Assembly (NCBI GenBank): GCA_038236005.1
Contig: JBBSTI010000002.1
Span: forward strand, 1 to 58,676
DNA: 58,676 nt
Direction of reading: 5' to 3'
From: Mycobacteriales bacterium
GTDB lineage: Bacteria > Actinomycetota > Actinomycetes > Mycobacteriales > SCTD01
Shown here: positions 35,212-44,376 of the stretch, one piece after another
How the letters are laid out: every line of letters starts with the position of its first letter
How positions within the stretch are numbered: the first letter of the stretch is position 1
Program-made: the position numbers and the translations under genes
The notes under the pieces: generated by a model
Databases searched by the model: none
Seen by the model: the letters and a program-made list of their open reading frames with translations, nothing else
What the model was told of the DNA's origin: nothing

Positions 35212-35251
35212 CCGTGTGACCGACGGCAGCGACGGCTCGACGGCACGGCGG

Positions 35252-36346
35252 TCACAGCGTCTCGGCGAGGCCCTTGAGCGGCATCTTGAGGTCGGCGAGC
35301 ATGTCGAGGTCGGAGGTTGCCGGACGTCCCAGCGTCGTCAGGTAGTTGCCGACGATCACCGCGTTGATCCCGCCCAGCATGCCGTCGCGGGCCAGGTCAC
35401 CGAACGTGAGCTCGCGACCTCCCGCGAAGCGCAGGATGGTGCGCGGCAGCACCAGCCGGAAGGTGGCGACGGCGCGCAGCGCGTCGTCGGCCGACATGAC
35501 CGGGCGGTCGCCGAACGGCGTGCCGGGGCGGGGGTTGAGAAAGTTCAGCGGCACCTCGTCCGGGTCTAGCGACGCGAGCTGCACGGCCAGCTCGGCCCGC
35601 TGAGCGAGGCTCTCTCCCATGCCGAGGATGCCTCCGCAGCAGACCTCCATGCCGGCGTCCCGAATCATCTCCAGGGTGCTCCAGCGCTCCTCCCAGGAGT
35701 GCGTGGTCACCACCTGGTCGAAGTAGGAGCGGGCGGTCTCCAGGTTGTGGTTGTAGCGGTGCACACCGGCGGCCACCAGCCGGTCCACCTGCTCCTGGGT
35801 GAGCATCCCGAGCGAGCAGGCGACCTGGATGTCGACCGCCTCGCGGATCGCCTTCACGCCCTGCTCGACCTGGACCATCAGCCGCTCGTCCGGACCGCGG
35901 ACGGCGGCGACGATGCAGAACTCGGTCGCGCCGGTGGCACGGGTCTCGACCGCGGCCTGGACCAAGGACGGGATGTCCAGCCAGGCCGCGCGCACGGGGG
36001 AGGCGAACAGCCCGCTCTGCGAGCAGAAGTGGCAGTCCTCCGGGCAGCCGCCGGTCTTCAGGCTGATGATGCCCTCGACCTCGACCTCCGGCCCGCAGTG
36101 CTTCACCCGCACCTCGTGGGCGAGCTGGAGCAGCCCAGGCAGGTGTTCGTCCCCGAGCTGCAGGCACGCGAGCGCCTGTGCCTGGTCCAGGCCGACCCCG
36201 CGCTGGAGGACCTGCTCACGGGCGACGGCGAGCACCTCGGGCAGATCTGCCCGGGTGTCGTCGGGAAAGAGGTCAGGGTCGGGCCGCAGCGAGGTCACCG
36301 GGGCAGTCTGCCAGCCGGGAGCGGGTCCTCGTGGCTGCTCGAGCAT
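35252..36346 (-). CDS. bioB: Biotin synthase (radical SAM)
   Basis: [11 protein letters not shown] radical-SAM cluster motif in a full-length BioB-like sequence. Confidence 0.95.
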   Translation of the reverse strand: MLEQPRGPAPGWQTAPVTSLRPDPDLFPDDTRADLPEVLAVAREQVLQRGVGLDQAQALACLQLGDEHLPGLLQLAHEVRVKHCGPEVEVEGIISLKTGGCPEDCHFCSQSGLFASPVRAAWLDIPSLVQAAVETRATGATEFCIVAAVRGPDERLMVQVEQGVKAIREAVDIQVACSLGMLTQEQVDRLVAAGVHRYNHNLETARSYFDQVVTTHSWEERWSTLEMIRDAGMEVCCGGILGMGESLAQRAELAVQLASLDPDEVPLNFLNPRPGTPFGDRPVMSADDALRAVATFRLVLPRTILRFAGGRELTFGDLARDGMLGGINAVIVGNYLTTLGRPATSDLDMLADLKMPLKGLAETL

Positions 36347-36379
36347 GCTGAGGCTCCGGCCGCACTAGCGTCCATCGAC

Positions 36380-37837
36380 GTGTCCACCCTGGCTGATCTG
36401 CTGCGCCTGCGGACAGGTTTGCGGCCTGGTCAGATCGAGCAGCTGCACCGGCTGGTGGGACAGTGGCAGCTGATCGCCGACCTGTCCTTCGCCGACCTCG
36501 TGCTGTGGGTGCCGAGCGGTGACGCCTGGCTCGCCGTCGCGCACCAGCGGCCGACGACCGGTCCGACGACGCATCCGGACGAGGTGGTCGGGCAGGTGCG
36601 TGAGGGCGACGACGCGAAGGCCATGGAGTGGGCCTTCGCCGGGCCGAGGATCGTCCGGGAGGGCGGAGCCGCGGGACCGGGCCCGTTGCGGGTGCGTCAG
36701 GAGACCGTTCCGGTCCTGCACGACGGGGTCGCCGTCGCGGTGCTGTCCCGCGAGACCCCGCTCGCCGCAGGGCGGATGCCGAGCCAGCTGGACCTGGCCT
36801 ATCTCAGCAGCGCTGGAGAGTTGCTGCAGATGGTCTCGGAAGGCTCCTTCCCGCATGCTGAGCACGGCCTGGACGCCGAGACGGCACCCAGGGTCGGCGA
36901 CGGTGCCCTGCGTCTGGACCGCACCGGGCACGTCGTCTACGCGAGCCCCAACGCACTGTCGGCGTTCCGCCGCCTCGGCGTCGTCGGGGACGTGCTCGGG
37001 GCCCACCTCGGGCAGACGATCGCCTCGCTGCCCGCGGACGGTCCGATCGACGAGCCGCGCGGCTCCGCGGCCGTCGCCGCAGCTCTGCGCTTTCTCGAGC
37101 CGCGTGACGCAGAGCTGGAGAGCAGCGGGAGGACGGTGCTGCTCCGGGTGCTACCGCTCGTCCCGGGTGGTGAGCCGCGCGGCGCGCTCGCCCTGGTCCG
37201 CGACGTGAGCGAGCTACGCAGCCGCGACCGCGCACTGCTCGGCAAGGACGCCACGATCCGTGAGATTCACCACCGGGTGAAGAACAACCTGCAGACGGTG
37301 GCCGCGCTGCTGCGGCTCCAGGCGCGACGGCTGGACGACCCGGCCGCCCGGGCCGCGCTGGAGGAGTCGGTCCGACGCGTGGGCAGCATCGCGCTGGTGC
37401 ACGAGACGCTGTCCACCACCTTCGACGAGCAGGTGGCCTTCGACGAGGTTGCCGACCGGGTGCTGTCGATGTGCGCCGAGGTTGCGGCCCCCTCGACCGG
37501 CGTACGGGTCCTGCGCACCGGGAGCTTCGGGGTGCTGGCGGCCGAGACTGCCACCGCGATGGCGCTGGTGCTGACCGAGCTCGTCCAGAACGCCGTCGAG
37601 CACGGCTACCCGTCAGGTCGTCGCGGCACCGTCGAGGTCGTCGTGTCCCATCAGGGCGGGGGGATGACCGTCGTGGTGGCCGACGACGGGCAGGGTCTGC
37701 CGGCCGAGCCGGTGACCGGACGGCTCGGGCTGCAGATTGCCCGGACCCTGGTCGAGAGCGAGCTGCGAGGGACGCTCACGGTGGACCCGGGCGAGCGAGG
37801 TGCCCGGGCCACCGTCGTGCTGCCCGCGTCCGGCTGA
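36380..37837 (+). CDS. pdtaS: PdtaS-type soluble sensor histidine kinase (GAF-PAS-HisKA_2)
   Basis: H-box IHHRVKNNLQ and an ATPase N-box LVQNAVEHG. It is adjacent to whiB1, as in M. tuberculosis. Confidence 0.8.
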   Translation: MSTLADLLRLRTGLRPGQIEQLHRLVGQWQLIADLSFADLVLWVPSGDAWLAVAHQRPTTGPTTHPDEVVGQVREGDDAKAMEWAFAGPRIVREGGAAGPGPLRVRQETVPVLHDGVAVAVLSRETPLAAGRMPSQLDLAYLSSAGELLQMVSEGSFPHAEHGLDAETAPRVGDGALRLDRTGHVVYASPNALSAFRRLGVVGDVLGAHLGQTIASLPADGPIDEPRGSAAVAAALRFLEPRDAELESSGRTVLLRVLPLVPGGEPRGALALVRDVSELRSRDRALLGKDATIREIHHRVKNNLQTVAALLRLQARRLDDPAARAALEESVRRVGSIALVHETLSTTFDEQVAFDEVADRVLSMCAEVAAPSTGVRVLRTGSFGVLAAETATAMALVLTELVQNAVEHGYPSGRRGTVEVVVSHQGGGMTVVVADDGQGLPAEPVTGRLGLQIARTLVESELRGTLTVDPGERGARATVVLPASG

Positions 37838-37850
37838 GCCGGCGAGCGTC

Positions 37851-38093
37851 TCAGGCCGTGCGGACCGGCGGACGTCGAGCCAGGGCGCGCCGCTCCAGCT
37901 CGTCGGTCGCACCCCACACACCGCTGTCCTGACCGGACTCGAGCGCCCAGTCGAGGCAGTCGGTGACCACCGGGCACCGGCGACAGATCATCTTCGCCTG
38001 CTCGACCTGAGCCGCAGCGGGTCCGTGGGTGCCGATCGGGAAGAACATCTCAGGGTCTTCTTCGCGGCAGATCGCGTGGTGTCGCCAGTCCAT
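37851..38093 (-). CDS. whiB1: WhiB1-like Fe-S transcription factor
   Basis: MDWRHHAICREEDPEMFFP..CRRCPVVTDCL..GVWG. Four Cys are conserved, and the sequence is very close to WhiB1. Confidence 0.9.
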   Translation of the reverse strand: MDWRHHAICREEDPEMFFPIGTHGPAAAQVEQAKMICRRCPVVTDCLDWALESGQDSGVWGATDELERRALARRPPVRTA

Positions 38094-38234
38094 CGGTCAA
38101 GCTCCTCTTCGGGCACGACGCTCGCCTCGGTGCGTCGTCGCACCGGGATGACACCGGAGGGGCGCCCGAGGGCGTCCCAGGCCTCACCTTTGCACCGGTC
38201 CCTCGGCCGTGGCAAGGACAAAGCGGACCTAGGT

Positions 38235-39176
38235 CTAGACGATCACGTCGAGCGCGTCCGGGACGCTGGACAGCACCACCCGGGTGCGGTCACCGAGGTG
38301 GTCGCCGTCGAGCTGGAACGGCAGGCCCGCGGGGCCAGCAGCAGGCAGCGCCGACAGCGTGAAGCTCGACAGGTCGTGCAGGCTGACGACCTGGGCACCG
38401 CGCGGACGAGGGTTCTTGCTCAGGATCTGCCCGAGGTGGCGCAAGGTCGACAGCGTCCGCAGGCGGCGCAGCCCGAACAGGTCCAGACCGCTGTCGAAGC
38501 CGGCGCGGGGGCAGGCCTGCACGGGGCGGCTGTCGAGGTAGGTCCACGGCGTCGTGTTGCACACCAGCGCCAGCGACAGCTGCTCGTCCTGTGCTCCGTC
38601 ACGCTCCAGCAGCAGGGTGGGGGCACCGCGTTCGACCGAGAGGAAGAACTGCCGGACCCCGGAGCGCACGTAGAGCGCGGTGGTGGCTCGGCGTCCGACC
38701 GAGCGTCGCGTCTCGACGCGTCGCACCACGTCGGCGTCGAGGCCGAGGCCGGCGTTGAAGCAGAAATAACGATCATCAGCGAGCCCCAGGCCGATGCGCC
38801 GTCGGCTGCCCCGCTCCAGCGCGTCCAGCAGCTCGGCGGTGGCCTCGACGGGGTCGTCGGTCATGCCGAGCGACCGGGCGAAGACGTTCGCGCTGCCGCC
38901 GGGCACGACCCCCAGCGCTGGCCGGTCGGGGCCAGGGCCGTCGGCCATGAGCCCGTTGACGACCTCGTTCACGGTGCCGTCGCCGCCCAGCGCGACGACC
39001 GCGTCGAAGGAGTCGGCGACCGCCTGTCGGGCCAGCTCGGTCGCGTGACCACGCGCCTTGGTCTCCGCCACCTCGAGCCGACAACCGCTGGCCAGGGCGT
39101 GCGCGAGCACGTCCCGCGCTCTCGTCGTCGTCCCGGTAGCCATCGGGTTGACGACAAGCATCAGACGCATGTCCAC
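38235..39176 (-). CDS. Diacylglycerol/lipid kinase family protein (Rv3218-like)
   Basis: GGDGTVNEVVNG catalytic-domain motif. Confidence 0.8.
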   Translation of the reverse strand: MDMRLMLVVNPMATGTTTRARDVLAHALASGCRLEVAETKARGHATELARQAVADSFDAVVALGGDGTVNEVVNGLMADGPGPDRPALGVVPGGSANVFARSLGMTDDPVEATAELLDALERGSRRRIGLGLADDRYFCFNAGLGLDADVVRRVETRRSVGRRATTALYVRSGVRQFFLSVERGAPTLLLERDGAQDEQLSLALVCNTTPWTYLDSRPVQACPRAGFDSGLDLFGLRRLRTLSTLRHLGQILSKNPRPRGAQVVSLHDLSSFTLSALPAAGPAGLPFQLDGDHLGDRTRVVLSSVPDALDVIV

Positions 39177-39192
39177 AGGTTAACGTGCCGGG

Positions 39193-39603
39193 GTGGACGA
39201 GAGCAGCGACGCGCGCGGGCGGCCGGGAGCACCTCCGCTCCCCTTACGGGTAGCCGGGCTCGGGGTCGTGGTCGAGGCGTTGGCCGTGGTGGTGCTCTCC
39301 GGGATCCTGCTGGGGCTGGGTCTTCTTCGGTCCTCCGACGACCGGGTCGGCACCGTGCTTGCGGGACTGCTGGGACTGGGTCTCGGCGGTGCCCTGGTGG
39401 CGACCGGCGTGGGTCTGTTCCGTGGCCGTGGCTGGGCCTGGTCGCCGTCGGTCCTGCTGCAGGTCTTCCTGGTCGTGGTGACGGTCAGTCTGCTGCGCGC
39501 CGGTGACAGCTTGCTCGCTCTCGCACCCGGGGCCCTGGTGCTGCTGGTCGGCTATCAGCTGCTGACCCCGCACGCGCGAGCTGCCTACAGCGAGCGGGAC
39601 TGA
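39193..39603 (+). CDS. Hypothetical membrane protein (4 TM)
   Basis: 136-aa hydrophobic ORF with high GC3. No family recognised. Confidence 0.5.
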   Translation: MDESSDARGRPGAPPLPLRVAGLGVVVEALAVVVLSGILLGLGLLRSSDDRVGTVLAGLLGLGLGGALVATGVGLFRGRGWAWSPSVLLQVFLVVVTVSLLRAGDSLLALAPGALVLLVGYQLLTPHARAAYSERD

Positions 39604-39610
39604 GCCCGCG

Positions 39611-40603
39611 CTACTCCTCGGCGAGCAGGCCGGTGCGCAGCTGCGCGAGCGTGCGGGCCAGCAGGCGCGACACGTGCATCTGACTGATGCCGAGCTCACC
39701 GGCGATCTGGGACTGCGTCATGCCGCCGAAGAACCGCAGCAGCAGGATCTTCTTCTCGCGTGCCGGCAGCTGCTCGAGCAGCGGCTTCAAGGACTCCCGG
39801 TATTCGACGCCCTCGAGCGCGTCGTCGGTCATCCCGAGCGAGTCGGCGACCGCAGGGCTGTCGTCGTCCCCACCGTCCGGCGCGTCCAGGCTCACCGCGG
39901 AGTAGGCGTTGGCCGACTCGAGCCCCTCGAGGATCTCCTCCTCGGTGAGTCCCAGGTGCCCGGCCAGCTCGGCCACCGTCGGGCTGCGACCGTTCTTCTG
40001 CGACAGGTCGCTGGTCGCCTTGGTCAGGCTGAGCTTCAGCTCCTGCAGGCGACGGGGGACCCGGATCGCCCAACCCTTGTCCCGGAAGTGGCGCTTGATC
40101 TCCCCGACGATCGTCGGGGTCGCGTACGTCGAGAACTCGACCCCTCGCTCGAGGTCGAACCGGTCGACGGACTTGATCAGACCGATGGTGGCGACCTGCA
40201 CGAGGTCGTCGAGCGGTTCGCCACGGTTGCGGAACCGGCGCGCGAGGTATTCCACCAGCGGCAGGTGCTGCTGCACCAGCTGGTGCCGGAGGGTCTCGCG
40301 CCGAGGGCTGTCGGCGGGCAGCTCGGCGAGCTCGGCGAACATCGCCCGCGCACGAAGCCGGTCGGCCGCCGTCTTCTCGCTGCGGGCCGTCGGGGCGGGC
40401 TTGCCGGGGGCAGCCGCGGGATGGGGGCTGACGCTCTGCAGCCCGACCGGCTGACCGTCGGCAGCATGGCCTGCGAGTGCCTCGGGCGGCAAGGGTGTCG
40501 TGGGTGCTGCTGAGCCTTGCTCAGGCACGTGCACGGTGAGGTCGACGACGGCGGCGTCGTCTGCCACCCCCGGTGCCAGGCCCTGGTCCTGCGCTCCCGT
40601 CAT
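39611..40603 (-). CDS. sigF: SigF/SigB-group RNA polymerase sigma factor with an N-terminal low-complexity extension
   Basis: YATPTIVGEIKRHFRD and QSQIAGELGISQMHVSRLL motifs. Its ATG overlaps the anti-sigma stop (ATGA). Confidence 0.85.
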   Translation of the reverse strand: MTGAQDQGLAPGVADDAAVVDLTVHVPEQGSAAPTTPLPPEALAGHAADGQPVGLQSVSPHPAAAPGKPAPTARSEKTAADRLRARAMFAELAELPADSPRRETLRHQLVQQHLPLVEYLARRFRNRGEPLDDLVQVATIGLIKSVDRFDLERGVEFSTYATPTIVGEIKRHFRDKGWAIRVPRRLQELKLSLTKATSDLSQKNGRSPTVAELAGHLGLTEEEILEGLESANAYSAVSLDAPDGGDDDSPAVADSLGMTDDALEGVEYRESLKPLLEQLPAREKKILLLRFFGGMTQSQIAGELGISQMHVSRLLARTLAQLRTGLLAEE

Positions 40604-41028
40604 GTCAGCGCCTCGCGTCGCTTGCGCAAGGAGAGGGTCACCCGTCGGTCGGCATCCACCGAGCTGTCGACGTCGCCGACGAGCGCGGTGAGCACCGTCC
40701 AGGCGAACGTGTCCCGCGACGGCTCGGTCCCGTCCAGCGTCGGGACCGTCACGAGCACCGCCAGCTCGTCGCCGGTGACCGAGAACTCGCACGTGAGGTC
40801 GGATCCTGGGACGGCCTGGGCAAGGAGCATCGCGCACGCTTCGTCGACCGCGATGCGCAGGTCCTCGATGTCGTCGATGGTGAAGTCCAGCCGCGAGGCG
40901 AGGCTCGCGGTAGCGGTGCGCAGCACCGAGAGGTAGGCGCTCGCCGCCGGCAGCCGAAGGCTGACCACGTCGCTCAGCGCACCGGACAGCGACGGCCGTC
41001 CTGCCACGCTGCTAGGGGTGTTGTCCAC
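40600..41028 (-). CDS. rsbW: Anti-sigma factor, RsbW/UsfX type
   Basis: The sequence is collinear with mycobacterial UsfX (LRIAVDEAC..FAWTVLTALV). RBS GGGAGAGGAA lies before the GTG at 41028. Confidence 0.75.
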   Translation of the reverse strand: MDNTPSSVAGRPSLSGALSDVVSLRLPAASAYLSVLRTATASLASRLDFTIDDIEDLRIAVDEACAMLLAQAVPGSDLTCEFSVTGDELAVLVTVPTLDGTEPSRDTFAWTVLTALVGDVDSSVDADRRVTLSLRKRREALT

Positions 41029-41136
41029 AGGTTCCTCTCCCGCTCGACGTTCTCGCCAGAGCAGCCTACGGCGCAACCATGATCCGTACGCACCGGTGGC
41101 CGCTGCAGCCGAGGACCGGCCGCGGCAGCGACCGGC

Positions 41137-41634
41137 TCAGCCCTCGGCTGGGCCGTCGTCCCGGGCACGGGACGCGAGACGTACGAGGGCCTCGTCGTCC
41201 ACCCGCATCGTCGTCCAGCCGTCCTGAGAGACCGCCCCCAGCGCGCGGTAAAAACCGATCGAGGGGGTGTTCCAGTCCAGCACCCACCACTCGAACCGGC
41301 CGTAGCCGCGCTCCACCGCGACCGCTGCCAAGGTCTGCAGGAGCGTCTTGCCGAGCCCGGTGCCGCGGGCGGTCGGACGCACGAACAGGTCCTCGAGCCA
41401 CAGGCCGGGCTTGCCCGTCCAGGTGGAGAACGTGACGTACCAGAGGGCGAAACCGACCACCTCTCCCTCGATCTCCGCCACATGGCACGAGGCGGTGTGG
41501 GCGACGAACAGGGCCCGGTGGAGGTCGGCTTCGGTGGCCTGAACCGCGTCGGGCTCCTTCTCGTACGCGGCCAGCTCGTGGACCAGGGCGAGCAGGACGG
41601 GGATGTCGGCCGCGACGGCGGGACGGATGCTCAC
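41137..41634 (-). CDS. GNAT acetyltransferase (diamine/SSAT-like)
   Basis: RGTGLGKTLL acetyl-CoA motif. Its GTG overlaps the upstream stop. Confidence 0.8.
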   Translation of the reverse strand: MSIRPAVAADIPVLLALVHELAAYEKEPDAVQATEADLHRALFVAHTASCHVAEIEGEVVGFALWYVTFSTWTGKPGLWLEDLFVRPTARGTGLGKTLLQTLAAVAVERGYGRFEWWVLDWNTPSIGFYRALGAVSQDGWTTMRVDDEALVRLASRARDDGPAEG

Positions 41635-42203
41635 GACGGCAGCTGGTTGCTGCGGACGATCACCGGGTGGCCGTGGTGGGTCCCGAGGACCGTGACCGAC
41701 CCGGCGGCGAGCGTGAGCAGCCCACCGCCGGAGGCGGGCAGGTCGAGCCAGGCCGCGGCCAGGGCGGCGCTGGTGTGGCCGTGACCGACGAGCGCGACGT
41801 CCCCGCCGAGCAGCAGCGGTCGCACCCGGTGCAGCACGCGTCGGCACCGGGCCTGCACCTGCTCCGGGCTCTCGCCGCCCGGCGCCCCGTCGGTCCAGAG
41901 CCACCAGCCAGGTCGGTCCTCGCGGATCTGCGGGGTGGTGAGTCCTTCGTACGCCCCGTAGTCCCACTCGACCAGGTCGTCGTCGACCGTGGGCTCCGGT
42001 CCGTCCGGGAAAGCGAGCCGCGTGGTGCTCAGAGCCCGCTGCAGCGGCGAGGTCACCACGTCGGCGACCTGACCGAGCAGGGCCGCGAGCCGGCCCGCCT
42101 GCGCCTCCCCCTCGTCGGTCAGCGGCAGGTCGGTGGTGCCGGTGTGCTGACCGGTCTGCGACCAGGTCGTCTGACCGTGCCTGACGAGAACGAGCTCACC
42201 CAT
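41631..42203 (-). CDS. Histidine phosphatase (phosphoglycerate-mutase-like) family protein
   Basis: LVRHGQT catalytic motif. Confidence 0.85.
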   Translation of the reverse strand: MGELVLVRHGQTTWSQTGQHTGTTDLPLTDEGEAQAGRLAALLGQVADVVTSPLQRALSTTRLAFPDGPEPTVDDDLVEWDYGAYEGLTTPQIREDRPGWWLWTDGAPGGESPEQVQARCRRVLHRVRPLLLGGDVALVGHGHTSAALAAAWLDLPASGGGLLTLAAGSVTVLGTHHGHPVIVRSNQLPS

Positions 42204-42213
42204 GGGTCCATCT

Positions 42214-42259
42214 CACACCAACGGCCCGACCCCCGGACGGGGATCGGGCCGATGGTGTG
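42214..42259 (-). terminator. Long imperfect hairpin downstream of sodN
   Basis: A stem of about 21 bp (2 mismatches) pairs cacaccaacggcccgacccc with ggggatcgggccgatggtgtg around the loop ggac. Confidence 0.55.
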
Positions 42260-42274
42260 TGCGGAACAGGTGCC

Positions 42275-42703
42275 TTACGCGGCCGACTGCGGCAGCGCGT
42301 ACTCCTTGTCCTTGGTCTCCCAGAAGATCGTCGCGATCTGGTCGATGCCATCGAGCAGCGCCTGGCCGGTAGCCGGGTCGGTGCTGTTCTTGGCACCGGT
42401 GCCGCTGGCCTTCTTGATGGTCTCGTTGAACAGACCGTGCAGCTCGGGGTACTTCTCGAAGTGCGGGGGCTTGAAGTAGTCGCCCCACAGCACGGACAGG
42501 TGGTGCTTCACGAGGTCGGCGCGCTCACCGATGATCGTCACGGCCCGCTCGCGGAAGACCGCGTCGTCGTTGCCCTGGTATTTCTCTTGCATGGCCTTCA
42601 CCGACTGTGCCTCGATCCGGGCCTGCGCCGGGTCATAGACGCCGCAGGGAAGGTCGCAGTGCGCCGAGACGGTGGTGATCGTGGGTCGCTGGAAGAGTCT
42701 CAT
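42275..42703 (-). CDS. sodN: Nickel superoxide dismutase precursor
   Basis: The leader MRLFQRPTITTVSA is followed by the Ni-hook HCDLPCGVYDP. Confidence 0.95.
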   Translation of the reverse strand: MRLFQRPTITTVSAHCDLPCGVYDPAQARIEAQSVKAMQEKYQGNDDAVFRERAVTIIGERADLVKHHLSVLWGDYFKPPHFEKYPELHGLFNETIKKASGTGAKNSTDPATGQALLDGIDQIATIFWETKDKEYALPQSAA

Positions 42704-42763
42704 GCGTGTGTCCTGTCCGTTCCTCGGCTGCGGCAATCCCCCGCTGACGCGGTCAGGCACCCT

Positions 42764-43084
42764 GTGATCGTGCGGTTCGCGGTGGTCCGGGTCGAGGGCT
42801 CGTCGATGCTGCCCACGCTGCGGCCAGGCGACCTGCTGCTGGTGCACCGCGGTGCGATCGTGCGGCCGGGTGCGCTGGTGACCGCTCGGCCGCTCGCGCG
42901 TCCCGAGCTGATGGTGGTCAAGCGCGCCCGCCTCGAGCTCGGTGACGGGGACTGGGACGTCACGGCCGACAACGCCGAGGTCGCAGGTCGGGGGTGGACG
43001 AGCGGGCCGGCGACCGTGGTCGCCACCGTGATCGCCCGTTGGCCACCGCGGCGAGGAGCCCGCCAGCGCGGCCCCGCCGTGTGA
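42764..43084 (+). CDS. sodX: S26-family signal-peptidase-like NiSOD maturation protease
   Basis: GSSMLPTL serine motif. The gene is divergent from sodN. Confidence 0.75.
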   Translation: MIVRFAVVRVEGSSMLPTLRPGDLLLVHRGAIVRPGALVTARPLARPELMVVKRARLELGDGDWDVTADNAEVAGRGWTSGPATVVATVIARWPPRRGARQRGPAV

Positions 43085-43209
43085 CACGATCATTGGCCTA
43101 CGGGCGATCCCCGGACCCATGCGTGCCGCACCCCGCACGCCCGCCCCGTCCGGCCGTCAGCCGGCCAGCGCCGACCGGGACGTCCTGGTCGGCGGGAGGA
43201 GAAGAGCTC

Positions 43210-44370
43210 GTGGCACGAGACGACGATCCCGCTTTCGCCCTGCACCGCGGAGGCAAGCTCGAGACGGTGTCCCGGGTCGAGGTGACCCCGGCCGCCCTGG
43301 CGCTCGCGTACACACCCGGTGTCGCCAAGATCTGCACGGCGATCGCGGGCGAGCCAGACCTGGCTTACGACTACACGTGGAAGTCCCGCACGGTGGCCGT
43401 CGTCACCGACGGGACCGCGGTGCTCGGGCTCGGAAACCTCGGCCCGCTGGGCGCCCTGCCGGTGATGGAGGGCAAGGCGATCCTGTTCAAGCACTTCGGC
43501 GGCGTCGACGCCGTGCCGATCTGCCTCGACGTCACCGACGTCGACGAGCTGGTCGAGACGATCGTCCGGCTCGCGCCGGCGTTCGGCGGCATCAACCTCG
43601 AAGACATCAGCGCTCCCCGGTGCTTCGAGATCGAGCGGCGGGTGCAGGAGCGGCTCGACATCCCGGTCTTCCACGACGACCAGCACGGCACCGCCATCGT
43701 GGTCACCGCGGCGCTGCGCAATGCGGCCCGGCTGACCGGTCGGTCGATGTCGAGCCTGCGGGTCGTGACCAGCGGCGCCGGCGCGGCCGGCATCGCGGTG
43801 TCGCGGATGTTGCTCGAGGGCGGGGTCGGAGACCTGGCGATCGCCGACAGCAAGGGCATCGTGCACCTGGGTCGTGACGATCTCCACGAGTCCAAGCGTG
43901 ACTTCGCGCAGAGCAGCAACCGAGCTGGTCTGACCGGCTCCCTGATCGAGGCCCTCCGCGGTGCGGACGTGTTCGTCGGGCTGTCGGGCGGCACGATCCC
44001 GGTGGAGGCGGTGCGCTCGATGAACCCCGACGCGATCATCTTCGCGATGGCCAACCCGGACCCGGAGATCCATCCGGACGTGGCGCACGCCTGCGGCGCG
44101 TCGGTCGTCGCGACCGGCCGCAGCGACTTCCCGAACCAGATCAACAACGTGCTCGCCTTCCCCGGCGTGTTCGCGGGCGCGCTCGGCGTGCGGGCCACGT
44201 GCGTCACCGAGGGGATGAAGCTGGCTGCCGCTGACGCGTTGGCCGGCGTTGTCGGCGACGACCTGTCCGCAGAGATGGTGATCCCGTCGGTCTTCGACCC
44301 GCGGGTGGCTCCGGCCGTGTCCGAGGCGGTCGCCCGCGCCGCGCGCGCGGAGGGCGTCGCCCGCGTCTGA
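43210..44370 (+). CDS. NAD(P)-dependent malic enzyme (short form)
   Basis: VVTDGTAVLGLGNLG, FHDDQHGTA and AFPGVFAGAL motifs. RBS GGAGGAG is present. Confidence 0.9.
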   Translation: MARDDDPAFALHRGGKLETVSRVEVTPAALALAYTPGVAKICTAIAGEPDLAYDYTWKSRTVAVVTDGTAVLGLGNLGPLGALPVMEGKAILFKHFGGVDAVPICLDVTDVDELVETIVRLAPAFGGINLEDISAPRCFEIERRVQERLDIPVFHDDQHGTAIVVTAALRNAARLTGRSMSSLRVVTSGAGAAGIAVSRMLLEGGVGDLAIADSKGIVHLGRDDLHESKRDFAQSSNRAGLTGSLIEALRGADVFVGLSGGTIPVEAVRSMNPDAIIFAMANPDPEIHPDVAHACGASVVATGRSDFPNQINNVLAFPGVFAGALGVRATCVTEGMKLAAADALAGVVGDDLSAEMVIPSVFDPRVAPAVSEAVARAARAEGVARV

Positions 44371-44376
44371 CCCGCA

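Noticed and set aside
35699-36379. 227-codon upstream extension of the PdtaS ORF, antisense to bioB
   Set aside because: bioB is unambiguous on the opposite strand. PdtaS-like sequence starts at the GTG at 36380.
37737-39506. 589-aa plus-strand ORF spanning whiB1 and the lipid kinase gene
   Set aside because: It lies antisense to two genes with diagnostic motifs, and its translation is low-complexity.
42257-43138. Long extensions of the sodX (+) and sodN (-) ORFs across each other
   Set aside because: NiSOD must start at MRLFQRP..HCDLPC (ATG at 42703). The S26 peptidase-like sequence starts near the GTG at 42764. The extensions are mutual antisense read-through.
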